This document shows positions 24,547 through 36,800 of a DNA stretch of 64,000 bases, in pieces. Each line of letters begins with the position of its first letter. Position 1 is the stretch's first letter. Made by a program: the position numbers and the translations under genes. A model generated the notes under the pieces. It was not told the origin of the DNA. It saw only the letters and a list, made by a program, of their open reading frames with translations, and did not search any database. The stretch is from an uncultured Planctomycetota bacterium (GTDB lineage: Bacteria > Planctomycetota > Planctomycetia > Isosphaerales > Isosphaeraceae): positions 1,120,001 through 1,184,000 of the forward strand of contig CAWGMQ010000003.1 in NCBI GenBank assembly GCA_963823665.1. The letters are read 5' to 3'.

Positions 24547-24697
24547 CAAATCCTCCTGAGGGATTCAGTTGTGCACGTCGAACTTTATTCACTGCCCATC
24601 CGACATCTATGATCGCAAAATCCGTACCAAATGGGAATCACACCGCCCGCGACATTCACGGTGCGCGCGGGATTTGCCACTCGCGCGGGGAATAGCG

Positions 24698-26164
24698 ATG
24701 ATGAGGAAAGATGGTGGTCCCACAGATTCCTTCGGCGGGCGTCTGATGGTGGGCATTGGAACTCGCGATCTCACTGCCATCGGTGATTTTTCGGCGGCGA
24801 TCAAACGTCGGGGCGTCGCGATGGGTAAGACTTCTTTCGAGCACATCGAGGCCGCGGGAAGAAAGCGGGCAGCGCGGCCGCGGCAGGAGGGGAAAGTTCA
24901 CCGCGCGGCGGCTGCGCGGTTGCGGCGCGGGCCAGCCCGTCATTTACGAGCGGCTGAAGGGCATGACCCCGCTGCGAATGCCGGGCCGCCGGAGCGCCCG
25001 TCCGAGGCGGGCGAGGGCGACAACCAGTTCCATGTGGTCGTGGTTGGCACTGGGCCCGTGGGCAAGACGTCGCTGGTGAGTGCGCTTCTGGGCCGTTCGG
25101 CGGGTGCTACCGGCGCGACCTTCGGTACGACGCACCGTGGTTGTTCGCACACCTATTCCGTCCAGGGCGTGGAAGGCACGTTGCTCCTGACTGACACGCC
25201 GGGTCTGGGCGATCCTGGCCCGGAAGGTACGGCTCGCGCGGCAGAGGCGATCGACCTTGCCTGCGCGGCCGACCTGGTGCTCTTTATCGTCGACCACGAC
25301 CTCACTCGCACCGAACGAGACACGCTGATCGAGCTGGCCCGGCTCGACAAGCGGTTGATCGCCGTGCTCAACAAAAAAGATCGTTTCACTGACGAGGATC
25401 GGGGCGCGATCCTGGCCAAGATCTGCGAACGGCTCGACGGCTTCGTGCCGCCCGAGGATATCCTGGCGGTCGCAGCCGCTCCCGCTCCGGTTCCCGTACG
25501 CGTGCTCATGCCGGACGGAACCAGCGCGATCGAGCTCGAGGTGGAACCCCCTGAGCTTGAGGCGCTCGAAGATCGCGTGGCTGTGATCCTGGCAGACGAG
25601 GGAGAGGCACTGCGCGCGGGCAACTTGCTCTTGCGCGAGCGGCTGCGCGAGCAGGCCCGACGCACTCAGACCGCGCTCGCGCGGCGCAAGCGGGCGCGCA
25701 TCTTGATCGAGCGCCACCAGTGGATTGCAGCAGCGACAGCGTTTGCCAATCCCGTCCTCGCGCTTGGCCCGCTGGCCGTGGGCGCTGTGCAGCTTCGAAT
25801 GCTGAGTGAAATTGCGGCACTCCATGAGGTGCCGCTTTCCACCGAATCGCTGGCGATGGTTGGCCGCCAGATGGCTCAGACGCTTTTCAAGCTTGGCATT
25901 GCCGAGGCGGCAGGCAGCGTGCTCGCCGGCGTCTTCAAGTTCAACCCACTTGGTTTCGCCGCCGGGGGAGCCGTTCAGGCCGCGACGATGGCGTACCTGA
26001 CGCGCGTCATCGGCGATTCGTTTCTCGAGTACCTCGAGGGCGGGCAAGCTTGGGGCGAAGGCGGAATGCAGGGTGTGTTATCGAGGCACTTCGCCGCGTC
26101 GAGCGCTTCGGGCTGGATCGTGCATTTCGCCAAAGCCGTGATCTCCCACCTGTTCAAACGCTGA
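24698..26164 (+). CDS. Era/MMR_HSR1-like GTPase fused to DUF697 (YcjF-like) helical domain; start uncertain
   Basis: GTGPVGKTS (G1), DTPG (G3), NKKD (G4); C-terminal hydrophobic helices. Confidence 0.78.
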   Translation: MMRKDGGPTDSFGGRLMVGIGTRDLTAIGDFSAAIKRRGVAMGKTSFEHIEAAGRKRAARPRQEGKVHRAAAARLRRGPARHLRAAEGHDPAANAGPPERPSEAGEGDNQFHVVVVGTGPVGKTSLVSALLGRSAGATGATFGTTHRGCSHTYSVQGVEGTLLLTDTPGLGDPGPEGTARAAEAIDLACAADLVLFIVDHDLTRTERDTLIELARLDKRLIAVLNKKDRFTDEDRGAILAKICERLDGFVPPEDILAVAAAPAPVPVRVLMPDGTSAIELEVEPPELEALEDRVAVILADEGEALRAGNLLLRERLREQARRTQTALARRKRARILIERHQWIAAATAFANPVLALGPLAVGAVQLRMLSEIAALHEVPLSTESLAMVGRQMAQTLFKLGIAEAAGSVLAGVFKFNPLGFAAGGAVQAATMAYLTRVIGDSFLEYLEGGQAWGEGGMQGVLSRHFAASSASGWIVHFAKAVISHLFKR

Positions 26165-26177
26165 GTCAACGCTGCAC

Positions 26178-27309
26178 TCAGGCGTGGGCCAGCGCGCGCG
26201 TCCGCCCGCGTGAGGCTCTCGCAGCCGGGCGCCCGTTGCCGCTGCTGGCCCAGTCGAGCGATCGCGTGGCGCTCTCGGTGGCCGCCGCGGCCCCTTCGCG
26301 GAGGCCGCGAGCTACGGAGCCGCTCATCGGGCCGAACGCTGCACCGGCGAAGTACACCGGCAGCGCCGCTCCAAAACCGACGTAGTAGATTCCCGAATAA
26401 ACCGCGCGGCCGAGTGCTCCGCTCAAGCCCGGTGCCAGCGCACGGTCGGGCGCGGCGGCCGGCTCGATCACCTGGACTTTTCTGTTGTCGCGGAGCCAGT
26501 GCTCCTGGAAAACCCTGCGCGCTGTCAGATCGACGCGGTGCATGAACTCGGCGTTCAGCAAGGCGCCGGAGATCGCGCCCAACCCCGGCACCTCTTCGAA
26601 GATCTCGAGCTGGAAGGCGAACTGGACGATTTCCTGCACGAAGATTTCTTCCTCGGTCTGCTCGGCAACCATGTCTTCCAGATCGCGCAGTCGCCTGAGT
26701 CTTCGCCGCCGCAGGTCGAGAGAGCCTGATAGGGAGATACTCAGAATGCCCAGGACGAGCTTGCGGCCTTCGACGCCCTCGAGCGAATAGCCGTAACAAT
26801 GCCCGATTTTGCGGATGGTGCGAAGCGCCACCACCATGGCGAGCGGCACATCGAGCAGGGTTGTCCAGAGACCGCCGGCACCGGTCGCCGCTCCTTCGGC
26901 GGCGGCGATTGCAAGCGCGATAAGCCCCGTTTGATGCGCCATGCGATCGCATTCTTCCATCGGCCGATCGTGCATTTCGGTGATGTCATCGATGCCGGCG
27001 CAACTTGATATCCGCTTCGCTGGCCAGGCGCGAAGCGCCGTCATCGGCCAGCTCGACAGCGGATTGGACAAGCGCTTTGGGAATGACCGCACCCACCAGT
27101 TTGGCCGCGGGCTTTGTGATGATGCTCCAGAGCTCGGAGAGCGGATTGGGCGGCTGCGATTTCCAGGCGGCGATTTTTTGGACCTGCGCTGCTTCATAGT
27201 CATTCAATCTGAGTTTTTTCGGGTTGCCGTTCTGATGCCGGCCGACAGTGCCGGGCTTGCTGCTGGACGCCTGTTTCTGCTTCCTGGGAGTCCTCGTCGC
27301 GGCAGCCAT
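26178..27309 (-). CDS. EcsC family protein; frameshift near 27000
   Basis: EGAATGAGG..LLDVP..ALRTI..IGHCYGY, VPGLGAISG. Confidence 0.8.
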
Positions 27310-27519
27310 GGTGATTTTCCCTTTGCGCGAGATGGAAGCCATCTCGGCGGGTCGGGCCGTTGGACCGAGTGCAAACCATGCGAACAGAATCTAACCAACC
27401 GCGTGGATGCGAATTCCGTGCCGGGCCGGGGGCAAATGCGCGCGCTGTGCTGCTTATTACGCGACTGCCGAGAACGAGTGGCTGCTCTTCGTGCCGTTGG
27501 TGGCCAGGACTCCTGGGCG

Positions 27520-27900
27520 GATGCTGACGCCATGATCCGATCCATGGGGTGGGCTGAGCCGGTGAAATCGCGTTTGACTTCGCGGCCGGAATCGGGCTCG
27601 CGGGCGACGACGTTGACCATTCTGTGCTCGTCGTAGCCGAGCGTGTTTTCCAGGGGATGGTTCTTTCGCGGACGGTCGACAGGGAAAGCGAAATGCCCCA
27701 GACTGACCGGTGCCTTGCTCGAGCCTTTGGTCTGGACGACATCCAGAATGATCCGGGCCTGGTCGGCCCGATTGGTGTAATAGGTGATCGTGCGACGGGC
27801 GGGGATCGGCGTGTTTCGGGCGACCACGGTATTCGCGGCGGGCTGGCGAGTAAGGGCGTCGAAGACCCGAGTGCGGACGAGCCGCATCAAATTCTTGGGG
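27520..27900 (-). pseudogene. C-terminal fragment of an Hsp70-family protein (substrate-binding part only)
   Basis: VARNTPIPARRT..YYT..DQ..LGHF..GYDE..VNVVAREPDSG; no ATPase domain, cut at the REP-like element. Confidence 0.6.
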
Positions 27901-27904
27901 TCGA

Positions 27905-27930
27905 GGGCATTAAAGGTTCCTGACACCTTT
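27905..27930. repeat. Palindromic REP-like element, copy 2 (GGGCATTAAAGGTTCCTGACACCTTT)
   Basis: Direct copy of 17363-17388. Confidence 0.75.
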
Positions 27931-27945
27931 GTTCAATCAGAGATC

Positions 27946-30900
27946 TCACGGCGCGAATGGGTCGGCCGGGAATGTCCGATCGAAGAGGCTCGGCGACGAG
28001 GGCGCGGAAGTCTGCGCGGTCGTGGAGCGGAACGAGATCGGTGTCGCGGCTCATCCAGGCCGCGTCCGTATAACCCACGGCGACCGCCAGGCGCAGGGCC
28101 TCGATCGCCTCGCCGGCCACGGCTTTCAATTGAGCCGGTTTGCGCACGATGGGCACGCACCGGGCCAGTTCGCTGGCCACTTTGTAGAACTCCCCTGGCT
28201 CTTTGGACCATAAGCTCTTGCGCAAGAGCGCGATCCGCACAGCGGCGTCCACACGTCCCTGCATTCGCAGGCTCTCGCCCAGGACGGCGTAATGGTGTGA
28301 CAATGAGCCACGGAAATGGACGACCCCGGGTGAGCGCTCAAGTGCGAACTTTTGATATTCGATGGCTCTTTCGAAGGCCTGGTCGGCCTCATGATACTGG
28401 CGAAGTCCGAGAAGGGCCGAACCCAGGGCTTCCAGAGCAACGCCCAGCCCGCTCTTGTAGTAGACCGCGTCCGGAAAAGAGCTGACCAGCTTGGTAAGAA
28501 TCCCAATGGCGCGTCGTGCGGGCTCGAGAGCGCTGTCGGGATTGCCGGACGCCGTTCCCTCCGACGCGAGTGAGGTATAGCTCGTGGCCAATCCCTCCTG
28601 ATATTCCGGGACGTTGGGATGTTTGGAAACCAGCGTGGACCTGATCTCGATCGCATGACTCAGGGACTCAAGAGCCCCGGCATGGTCGCCCGCGGAGGAC
28701 TGAGCACCGCCACAATTGGTGTAACTGAAGGCCAAGCTTTCCGAGTAGTGCGCGTTCCAGGGAAGGTCCCTTGTCAAGCGCGACCTGATCTCGATGGCTC
28801 GGCGGTACGATTCCGTTGCCTTTGAAGGTTGTTCACTGTTGAAGTAAACGTCACCGAGATTGTGGAAGCTGAGCGCCAGTCTCTCCTGATAGGCGGGCAC
28901 ACCTGGTTGAGACTTGATCAGCTTGGTCTGCACGTTGATTGCCTTGTTGTAGAAATCGGTGGCGGCTCGATGATCGCCGCCGGACTCGGCGACAACCCCC
29001 AGGTTGTTGTAGCTACCGGCTAGCTCGTTCTGGTAGTCGGGGACATTGGGTCGAGATGCCACCAGAGCCTCTCGGTTGGTGGCCGCGCTCCGGTGAGATT
29101 CAGCGGCCCCGGCGAGGTCCCCAGACCGTCGGCGCACTACCCCCAACCCTTGGTGGCTTTGGGCTAGCCTGTACTTGTAGTCCACGACGTCGGGGTGAGC
29201 CGCAACCAGCTCCGTTCCGATGGCGATGGCCTCGCGGTAGGAACCTTCGGCGCCGGGAAGATCGCGGCGCAAACGTTGGACGTCGCCTAGTCTCTCATAA
29301 CTCCAGGCAAGATCGTTTTTGACATCGGCGGCCTCACCTTGCGTTTCGGAAAGCTTGGCCAGCATCGCGATGGCCTGTTTGAGTGAGTTGGTCGCGTCGC
29401 CGAGCTTGCCGAATTGCTGCTGTGCCGATGACGAGTTTGTGTAGGCCCTTGCAAGCTCACGTTCAATGGCGCGCGAATCAGGCTCGCGGGCTAACAGCGC
29501 TTTCCAGAGGGTGATCGCTTTGCCGAACGACTCGCCCGCGGCCGCCTCTTCCCCGGCCAGCGATTGCAGATACGCGAGATTGCCATAGCAAGAGGCCAAG
29601 CCCTTTTGATCCTGAGTTTCCGTGGCGTTTCGCGCGCCGAGCTCGCTGAGGACTTCAATGGCCCTCTCGACCTCCCGTCTGGCCTCTGCATGGTTCCCGA
29701 GCGACAACGAGATTCGACCCAATCCGAACCGCCCTTTGGCCAGCAAGTGCTTCATGCGGTCGTCGGGTGACGGGCTCGACTCCAGCTCGCGTGCCATTTG
29801 CTCGTAGAACTGGCGCGGCTTCTCCAGGAGCCGCTGGCGCAGCGGCTGGAACTCCTTCTGGCCCAACAACACTTCCGCGCCGACGCCCGTGTAATAGTCT
29901 TCGATCGCTTGAAGGGTTTGATCGAGCCGGCGGTCGGCCTCGCTCCTGGCCCGTGTCACCCGAGCGTTGGCGTCGGTCAGCTCAAGGTTAGTCTCGCGCA
30001 GTTTGCGGTTATAGGCCGACTCGCGGGAGTAGGCGATGCTCAGGGCGAGCATTCCCACGAGCACCACGGCGGCGGCGGAAGCCACCAACGTTCGGTGTCG
30101 TCGCATCCAACGTCGCGCACGAATTGACCATGGCTCGCGCCAGGCTGTTACCGGCTCGTCGGCCAACCATTTCCCAAGGTCGTCAGCCAGGGCGCGAGCA
30201 GAGCCATAGCGGTCCTCGGCTCGCGCCGCCAACATCTTCAGGGAGACAGCCTCCAGTGCGCGGGGCACGCTCGGGTCGCGCCGCCGCGGCGGCACGACCG
30301 CCGCCTCACGCACATCCTTCAGCGGGTCGACCCCCCGAAAGCTTTGCTCATCGAAAGCTGACTTTCCGGTCAGGATCGCGTAGAGAACGAGGCCCAGGCT
30401 AAAGATGTCGCTGGCGGGGCCGACCGGTTGGCCCTTGGCCTGCTCGGGGCTCATGTAGTGCGGAGTCCCCATCACGTCACCCGTGGCGGTCAGGGCATCG
30501 AGCGATGGACTCGAAGAAGGTGCTTCCCCTTCTGCCTCGCCGCTGGCGCCGACCGCACCGAGCCGCTTCGCCAGGCCCCAGTCCATCACCAGGGTCTCGC
30601 CGTAAGGACCGAGCATGATGTTCGACGGCTTCAGGTCGCGATGGATCACCCCCTGGTCGTGGGTGTAGGCGATCGTGTTGCAGACCGTGATGAACTGCTG
30701 GAGCAGGCCGCGAAACCTCAAAGCACGCTGGCCGGGGTCGCGTCGCAAGGATTCGTCCCCGTGAAAAGCGTCGATGGCTTCTTGGAGCGTCTGGCCCGCA
30801 ATGAAGGGCATGGTGTAGAACGGCCCGTCGTCGTCCTGCCCCAAACCGTAGATCGGCACGATGCCGGGGTGTTGCAGCCTGGCGGTGATGGCGGCTTCGC

Positions 30901-31312
30901 GGAGGAACCGCTGCCGCGCCGCCTCGTGCAGCTTTTCGGGCCGGATCCGCTTCAATGCCACGGTGCGGTTCAGCTCCTCCTGGCGAGCCGTGAGCACTTC
31001 GCCCAGACCGCCACGCGCATGGTGTCGCTCGGGGCGGTACACGGCGACCGCGCTCAGGACGTCCGGTAGCCCGCGCTCTTTGCTCGAACCTTCAAGACGC
31101 TCGCCGTCCGCAATAGCGTGGGTCTGGGCCGGCTCGAAATCGAGGACACAGTCCATTTCTCGCACCGCGACGATCCGGCGCCGCAGTTCGTCGACGAGCT
31201 CGGGAGATGTCGCGCACAAGTCCTCGGCAGAGGCAATTTGTCCCTGGCGGCGCAGCTCATCCCACCGCAGCAGCAGATCTCCCAGACGGTCCTCGGCGGG
31301 CTCGGGCGTCAT
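27946..31312 (-). CDS. Serine/threonine protein kinase with TM and TPR array (STK2)
   Basis: HARGGLG, VALK, HRDLKPSN, DWGLAK, GTPHYMSPE; TPRs; true end ..FPADPFAP* after a one-base slip near 27988. Confidence 0.93.
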
Positions 31313-31855
31313 CGCAATTGAACTCCTACTTCGAAGTCACCCGACGGGAAGCTGCCCGCCGTGGGCATGATTGGGCCGCACCCGCTCCGCCAGCCGCCGG
31401 CTATTTGTCGTTCGCTCGGAAACTCCCAGCGAGTTGGGGGGCGCGGCCCAACAGCGCGGTGCGCACCGAGTCGCCGTACCGTTCGATCCACCCCCTGGGT
31501 CACGGTCGTCCGGTCATCAGAGACAATGGGCATTATCTCATTCGGGTCGGACGCGACGTCATCAGTCTGTCTGACTACTCGAGTTTCAAGCTATCGATTA
31601 TAGCCCGACGTCCTGGCGCTTGGCGAAGAAAATTGCACCGATTTCGCTTCCCGATTTCTGCCACTCACGATTGCCCTCGCTTAGCCAATTGGAGGCGACT
31701 GATCGGGTGCGTCGGAGGTTTATTCCCGAGCTCCGGTCTGCTATCCGGCCCGTTTCGCATTTACCCGCGAAGGGCGCCCTTGCAGGACATCGCCGGCGCG
31801 AGCCGGCCGTTCGGAGTCTGCCTGATCCGCGTACCTCTTTCACAGGATCCCGATC

Positions 31856-33013
31856 ATGTTGCGTGACATCCGCTTCCGCTGGACCGCCCGTCGAGCGTCG
31901 GCCGCCCCGAAGACCCATCGGCGTGCCCGCCCCTCGGCCGAGGCTCTCGAAGGCCGCCAGCTTCTCTCCACCTTTACCGTGACGAGCACCGCCGACAGCG
32001 GCACTCGAACCCTCCGCTGGGCGATCATCCAGGTGCACAAGAGCAACAGCCCCACCAATACGATCAAGTTCAAGATCCCCGGCTCGGGTGTCCACACGAT
32101 CGCGCTCGAGTCGGCTCTGCCGACGATCACCAGGCCCGTCAGGATCGATGGGACCTCTCAGACCGGCTACCGCACCAGCCCCGTTGTTGACCTGACCGGC
32201 TCGTCGTGCTCGTTCGACGGCTTCGACATCGACTCCCCCAACGTCACGATCAAGGGATTCGCCCTCGGCGGCTTCAGCGCGGGTGTCAGCATCCAGTCGT
32301 CGCGCGACGTCGTCGAGGATTGTTACATCGGCACCGACCCGACAGGGCGGCACGCTGTACCGAACAACAACGGCGTGCTCATTTCGCCGGGGTCGTACGA
32401 GACGATCCACAGCGACCGCATCTCGCACACCCGCACGGAAGCCGCCGCCGCATTCGAGACGGGCTCATACAACACGATCCGTGGCGACCTCATCTCCGGC
32501 AACACCGAAAGCGGCGTCGAGATCGAGGACGCGGGAGGCGACCTCATCTCGGGCGACAACGGCGAGACCGAGGGGATGGGAGCCGACTACAACGTCGTCG
32601 AGGACTGCACTGTCGGCTCCGACGCCACTGGGCGTTACGCCTTGGGCAACGCGTACGGTATCTCGATCGACGGCGGGGCCTCGTGCAACTACGTCGAATC
32701 CAACCTTATCTCGGCCAACACGTACATCGGGGTCGAGCTCGGCGGCTTCCCCGCATTCGGGGAGAACACGACCGGCAACGTCGTTGACGACAACGTCATC
32801 GGCACCGACTCGTCCGGACGGTACGACCTCGGCAGCCGCTATGGCGTCGAGCTGGACGACGTCTCGGGCAACTCGGTAGTCCAGAACGATATATCCTACA
32901 GCAGCCGAGGTGGCATCGTGGAAACCAACTCGTTCAACACGGTCGCGTACAACGGATTCTCCCACAACTTGGTCGGTAACATCGTGCCCTACCCCGGCCT
33001 GGTGCCAGGCTGA
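31856..33013 (+). CDS. Secreted right-handed beta-helix repeat protein with LEPRxLL-type N-terminus
   Basis: EALEGRQLLSTFTVTSTADSG..LRWAI; repeated IGTD.TG / LISGN units. Confidence 0.82.
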   Translation: MLRDIRFRWTARRASAAPKTHRRARPSAEALEGRQLLSTFTVTSTADSGTRTLRWAIIQVHKSNSPTNTIKFKIPGSGVHTIALESALPTITRPVRIDGTSQTGYRTSPVVDLTGSSCSFDGFDIDSPNVTIKGFALGGFSAGVSIQSSRDVVEDCYIGTDPTGRHAVPNNNGVLISPGSYETIHSDRISHTRTEAAAAFETGSYNTIRGDLISGNTESGVEIEDAGGDLISGDNGETEGMGADYNVVEDCTVGSDATGRYALGNAYGISIDGGASCNYVESNLISANTYIGVELGGFPAFGENTTGNVVDDNVIGTDSSGRYDLGSRYGVELDDVSGNSVVQNDISYSSRGGIVETNSFNTVAYNGFSHNLVGNIVPYPGLVPG

Positions 33014-33056
33014 TCCGGCTGGACAGGGCACGAGTGTGGACTCGAGTGTTCAGTGA

Positions 33057-33677
33057 TCAAATGGGCAGCTGGCCGCCCAGGGCATCACTGAGCCGCACCC
33101 GCGCCGCCAGCCATCGGCTGTTGACGGTACGTTCCGTCACCCCCAGGACCGCGGCCGCCTCGGCCTGGGTCAGGCCCTGGTACCAGAGCAGGTCGAACAG
33201 CTCGCGGTCGCCCGCGACGAGGCGGTCCACGGCGCGGTGGAATTCGGTCCAGGCGGCCAGCCTGCCCGGCTCGAACGTCGTGTCTGGCGGCGACGGGGCC
33301 AGCGCCTGCTCGCGTGCGGTCCTGTCGGATCCTGGTCGGGTCGAGTGATGGGCGCCCAACCCCTGCGGGCCCTGGTAGTGCCGTGCAAGGTCGATCAACT
33401 CGCGCCGCACCTGCGCGGCGGCCAGGCGAAAGAAGTCGCGCGCCGTCGGCGGGGTGACGACCTTCAGCGCACGGTCGAGCCGGATGAGGGCGTTCTGCAA
33501 GACGTCCTCGGTCTGCTCCCAGCGGGCGACGCCAGGGTAGTCCCGCAGCATCCTGCGCGCCAGCCGGGTCAGCCGCTCGGAGGCGCAGCCCAGCAGGGCG
33601 GCGCGGGCGGAGTCGTCGCCGCCCCGGATCCGGTCAATCCAACGCTGGATCACCGTGGTGTGGTCGTCGTGGGCCAA
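33057..33677 (-). CDS. ECF-type RNA polymerase sigma factor
   Basis: EDVLQNALIRL, RRELIDLARH (region 2); GLTQAEAAAVLGVTERTV (region 4 HTH). Confidence 0.93.
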   Translation of the reverse strand: MAHDDHTTVIQRWIDRIRGGDDSARAALLGCASERLTRLARRMLRDYPGVARWEQTEDVLQNALIRLDRALKVVTPPTARDFFRLAAAQVRRELIDLARHYQGPQGLGAHHSTRPGSDRTAREQALAPSPPDTTFEPGRLAAWTEFHRAVDRLVAGDRELFDLLWYQGLTQAEAAAVLGVTERTVNSRWLAARVRLSDALGGQLPI

Positions 33678-33887
33678 AGCTCAGTCTCACCATAGCCTTG
33701 CGCTGCGCTCACCGATGCCCGTATCGTCAGCGCGTGCTTCCCAAATCATAACCCCCATGGGTGGTGAATTGCACGCTGCAGGAGATTTTTGGAGACCCCG
33801 TTTCTGCCTCGGGAGAGCAGTCTCGCTCTTCCTGGAGGACGTGGTTGATGGCAGGACACAGACCCCTCCGACACGGAGCCGAACACC

Positions 33888-36800
33888 ATGGGCTATCTGA
33901 AGAGCACCAAACCCCGACGTACCTCCAAGACCGATGTCCGTCGCACGCGACGGGTCCGGCTGGAGATCGAAGCAATAGAGGAGCGGACGCTGCTCAGCGG
34001 GAGCCCCGCGCCGTACCTTCTTTACAATCCTGAGGCTGTTCCTGTGGCCATGAATAGCCACACCGATGTCATCTGGGTGAGCGGCCTGGGCGGGAATCCA
34101 ATGCCCCCCTCTTTCGAGGAGACGCTCGAAGAGCACGGAGACACGGTGTATTGGAGCGATTGGAACAACATTGTCCCCTACCCTTACTCCAACACAGACC
34201 CAGGCTCAATATCGGCCAACTGGACGCAAGGCGCGTCTCTGGACCTGGGCAACCCAACGAACTACGGCGGAATGGTGCAGGATCTCGCCCAGTTCATCAA
34301 CGCCCTTCCCGCCTCGGACAAAGTCGTCCTGATCGGCCACAGCCTGGGCGGCGCTGCTGTTCTCGCGACGGCCGAGGAAGCCTACCACAGCATCGCGCTG
34401 CTGGCGACCCTCGACCCTGTCGGGCAGGGCGGGTTCCGGCACACCTTGCCGCGAACTGTTCCATCAAACGTCGAATACTTCTACGACCGCTGGCAAACTA
34501 TGGGGATGTTCCCCATTGACTATACGAATCCTCCCCCGATCACAAGCTACGCGTACGGGTCCCTGTTGCGGGATTTCGGCATCCCCGACCAGCAACAAGA
34601 GAACGACAGCGGGTATTCGCACGCCAACTACTACGAAGATCCGGCGATCCTGAGTCAGTTGACGCAGATCACCAACGCGATTGCCTCCGCACGGGGCGGA
34701 ACCCCGGCCACTGGCCTTGCCGTTACAACGCTGACGGCGAGCACGACTGGCACGAGTCCGACCCCTGCAACTGTGGCAGTGGCATGGTTCCCAGCCACTG
34801 GCCCCTCCGACGCGGCCTCCAACTACGCGGCTACGATCCAGTGGGGCGACGGCCTTCCCCCCTCGGCCGGGACGATCGTGAGCGATCCCGATGGCGGGTT
34901 CTACGTCTATGGTGCCCATAGCTTCGAGCCCTACATCGCCGAAGAGTTCTTCGTCCCTCCCGCGAGTTTTGATTTGCCGTTTATGCCGTCCATGGTGGGC
35001 CAGTGGGTTTACTACAAGGTCGCTGTACGGATCGAGGGGCCCGGCGACATCAGCTACGGAACAGCAAGCCAGGCGTCGGTCTACGATCCGGGCTATTACG
35101 CTTTCGGTAATCAGGGCCTGGTGCGCTTCGACGAGTGGGGTGGCGCTGAGTTCGCGAACCTGGTGGATGCCAACGCAGTGTCGGTGACCGTGACGCAGGC
35201 CGGACTGGTCTCGGTCCAGGACGCCAACGGTTCCGTTCACGAGGAAATGGAGCAGGGAGACACCCTTTTTGCCGGCCAATTCGACCAAGCGGTCTACGAC
35301 TCAGCAGGCAATTTATACTACCTGACGTCGAGCGGCGACCTCTACCGAATCGATGCGAAGACCGGGAATGATGTGATCATCGGCGAATCACTGAGGTCCC
35401 TTACCATGTCGCCAGCGGGGCTGGTCGGCGTTAATTACACCTTGGCTCCCAACGGTACGGCATGGTTCGTCAGCGACGGCGAGTTGTATTACGATGATCC
35501 CGGACAGGCGCCCGTCGGAATCGCCAGCGGTGTAACGTCGTTTGCCTTGGCGCCGAACGGCCAGGGCGTCTATCTGGTGACCTACGGCACGCTGGACGCC
35601 GACATCAACGGCGCTTGGCAGTACGAGATCGCCAGCGGCGTGACGTCGTTTGCCCTGGCGTACAACGGCGTGGGGCTGTATTCGGGGTATTACTCTTACG
35701 TCGTCAGCCAGGGGGATCTCGACATCTACTCCTTTAGCACGGGGACGTGGAGCTGGAACGTAGCCAACAACGTGACGTCGTTCGCGGTGGGGCCGAATGG
35801 CTCGTCGTACTACTTCGTGAACGGCGGTGGGTTAGACGCCTACATCTACGGCCAGGGCTGGCAATACAGCATCGAAAAGCTCAGTGGCATCACAGCCTTT
35901 GACCTGGCGTACAACGGCGTGGGGCTGTATTCGGGGTATTACTCTTACGTCGTCAGCCAGGGGGATCTCGACATCTACTCCTTTAGCACGGGGACGTGGA
36001 GCTGGAACGTAGCCAACAACGTGACCTCGTTTGCGGTGGGGCCGAATGGCTCTTCGTACTACTTCGTGAACGGCGGGGGGTTAGATGCCTACATCTACGG
36101 CCAAGGCTGGCAATACAGCATCGAAAAGCTCAGTGGCATCACAGCCTTTGGCTTGGCGTACAACGCCGTGGGGCTGTACTCGGGCTATTACGCTTACGTC
36201 GTCAGCCAGGGGGATCTCGACATCTACTCCTTTAGCACGGGGACGTGGAGCTGGAACGTAGCCAACAACGTGACCTCGTTTGCGGTGGGGCCGAATGGCT
36301 CTTCGTACTATTTCGTGGATGGCGGTGGGTTAGACGCTTACATCTACGGCCAGGGCTGGCAATACGGCATCGAGAAGCTCAGCGGCATCACGGCCTTTGA
36401 CCTGGCGTACAACGCCGTGGGGCTGTACTCGGGCTATTACGCTTACGTCGTCAGCCAGGGGGATCTCGACATCTACTCCTTTAGCACGGGGACGTGGAGT
36501 TTGAACGTAGCCAACAACGTGACGTCGTTCGCGGTGGGGCCGAATGGCTCGTCGTACTACTTCGTGAACGGCGGTGGGTTAGACGCCTACATCTACGGCC
36601 AGGGCTGGCAGTACGGCATCGAGCAGCTCAGCGGCATCACGGCCTTTGACCTGGCGTACAACGCCGTGGGGCTGTACTCGGGCTATTACGCTTACGTCGT
36701 CAGCCAGGGGGATCTCGACATCTACTCCTTTAGCACGGGGACGTGGAGTTTGAACGTAGCCAACAACGTGACGTCGTTCGCGGTGGGGCCGAATGGCTCT

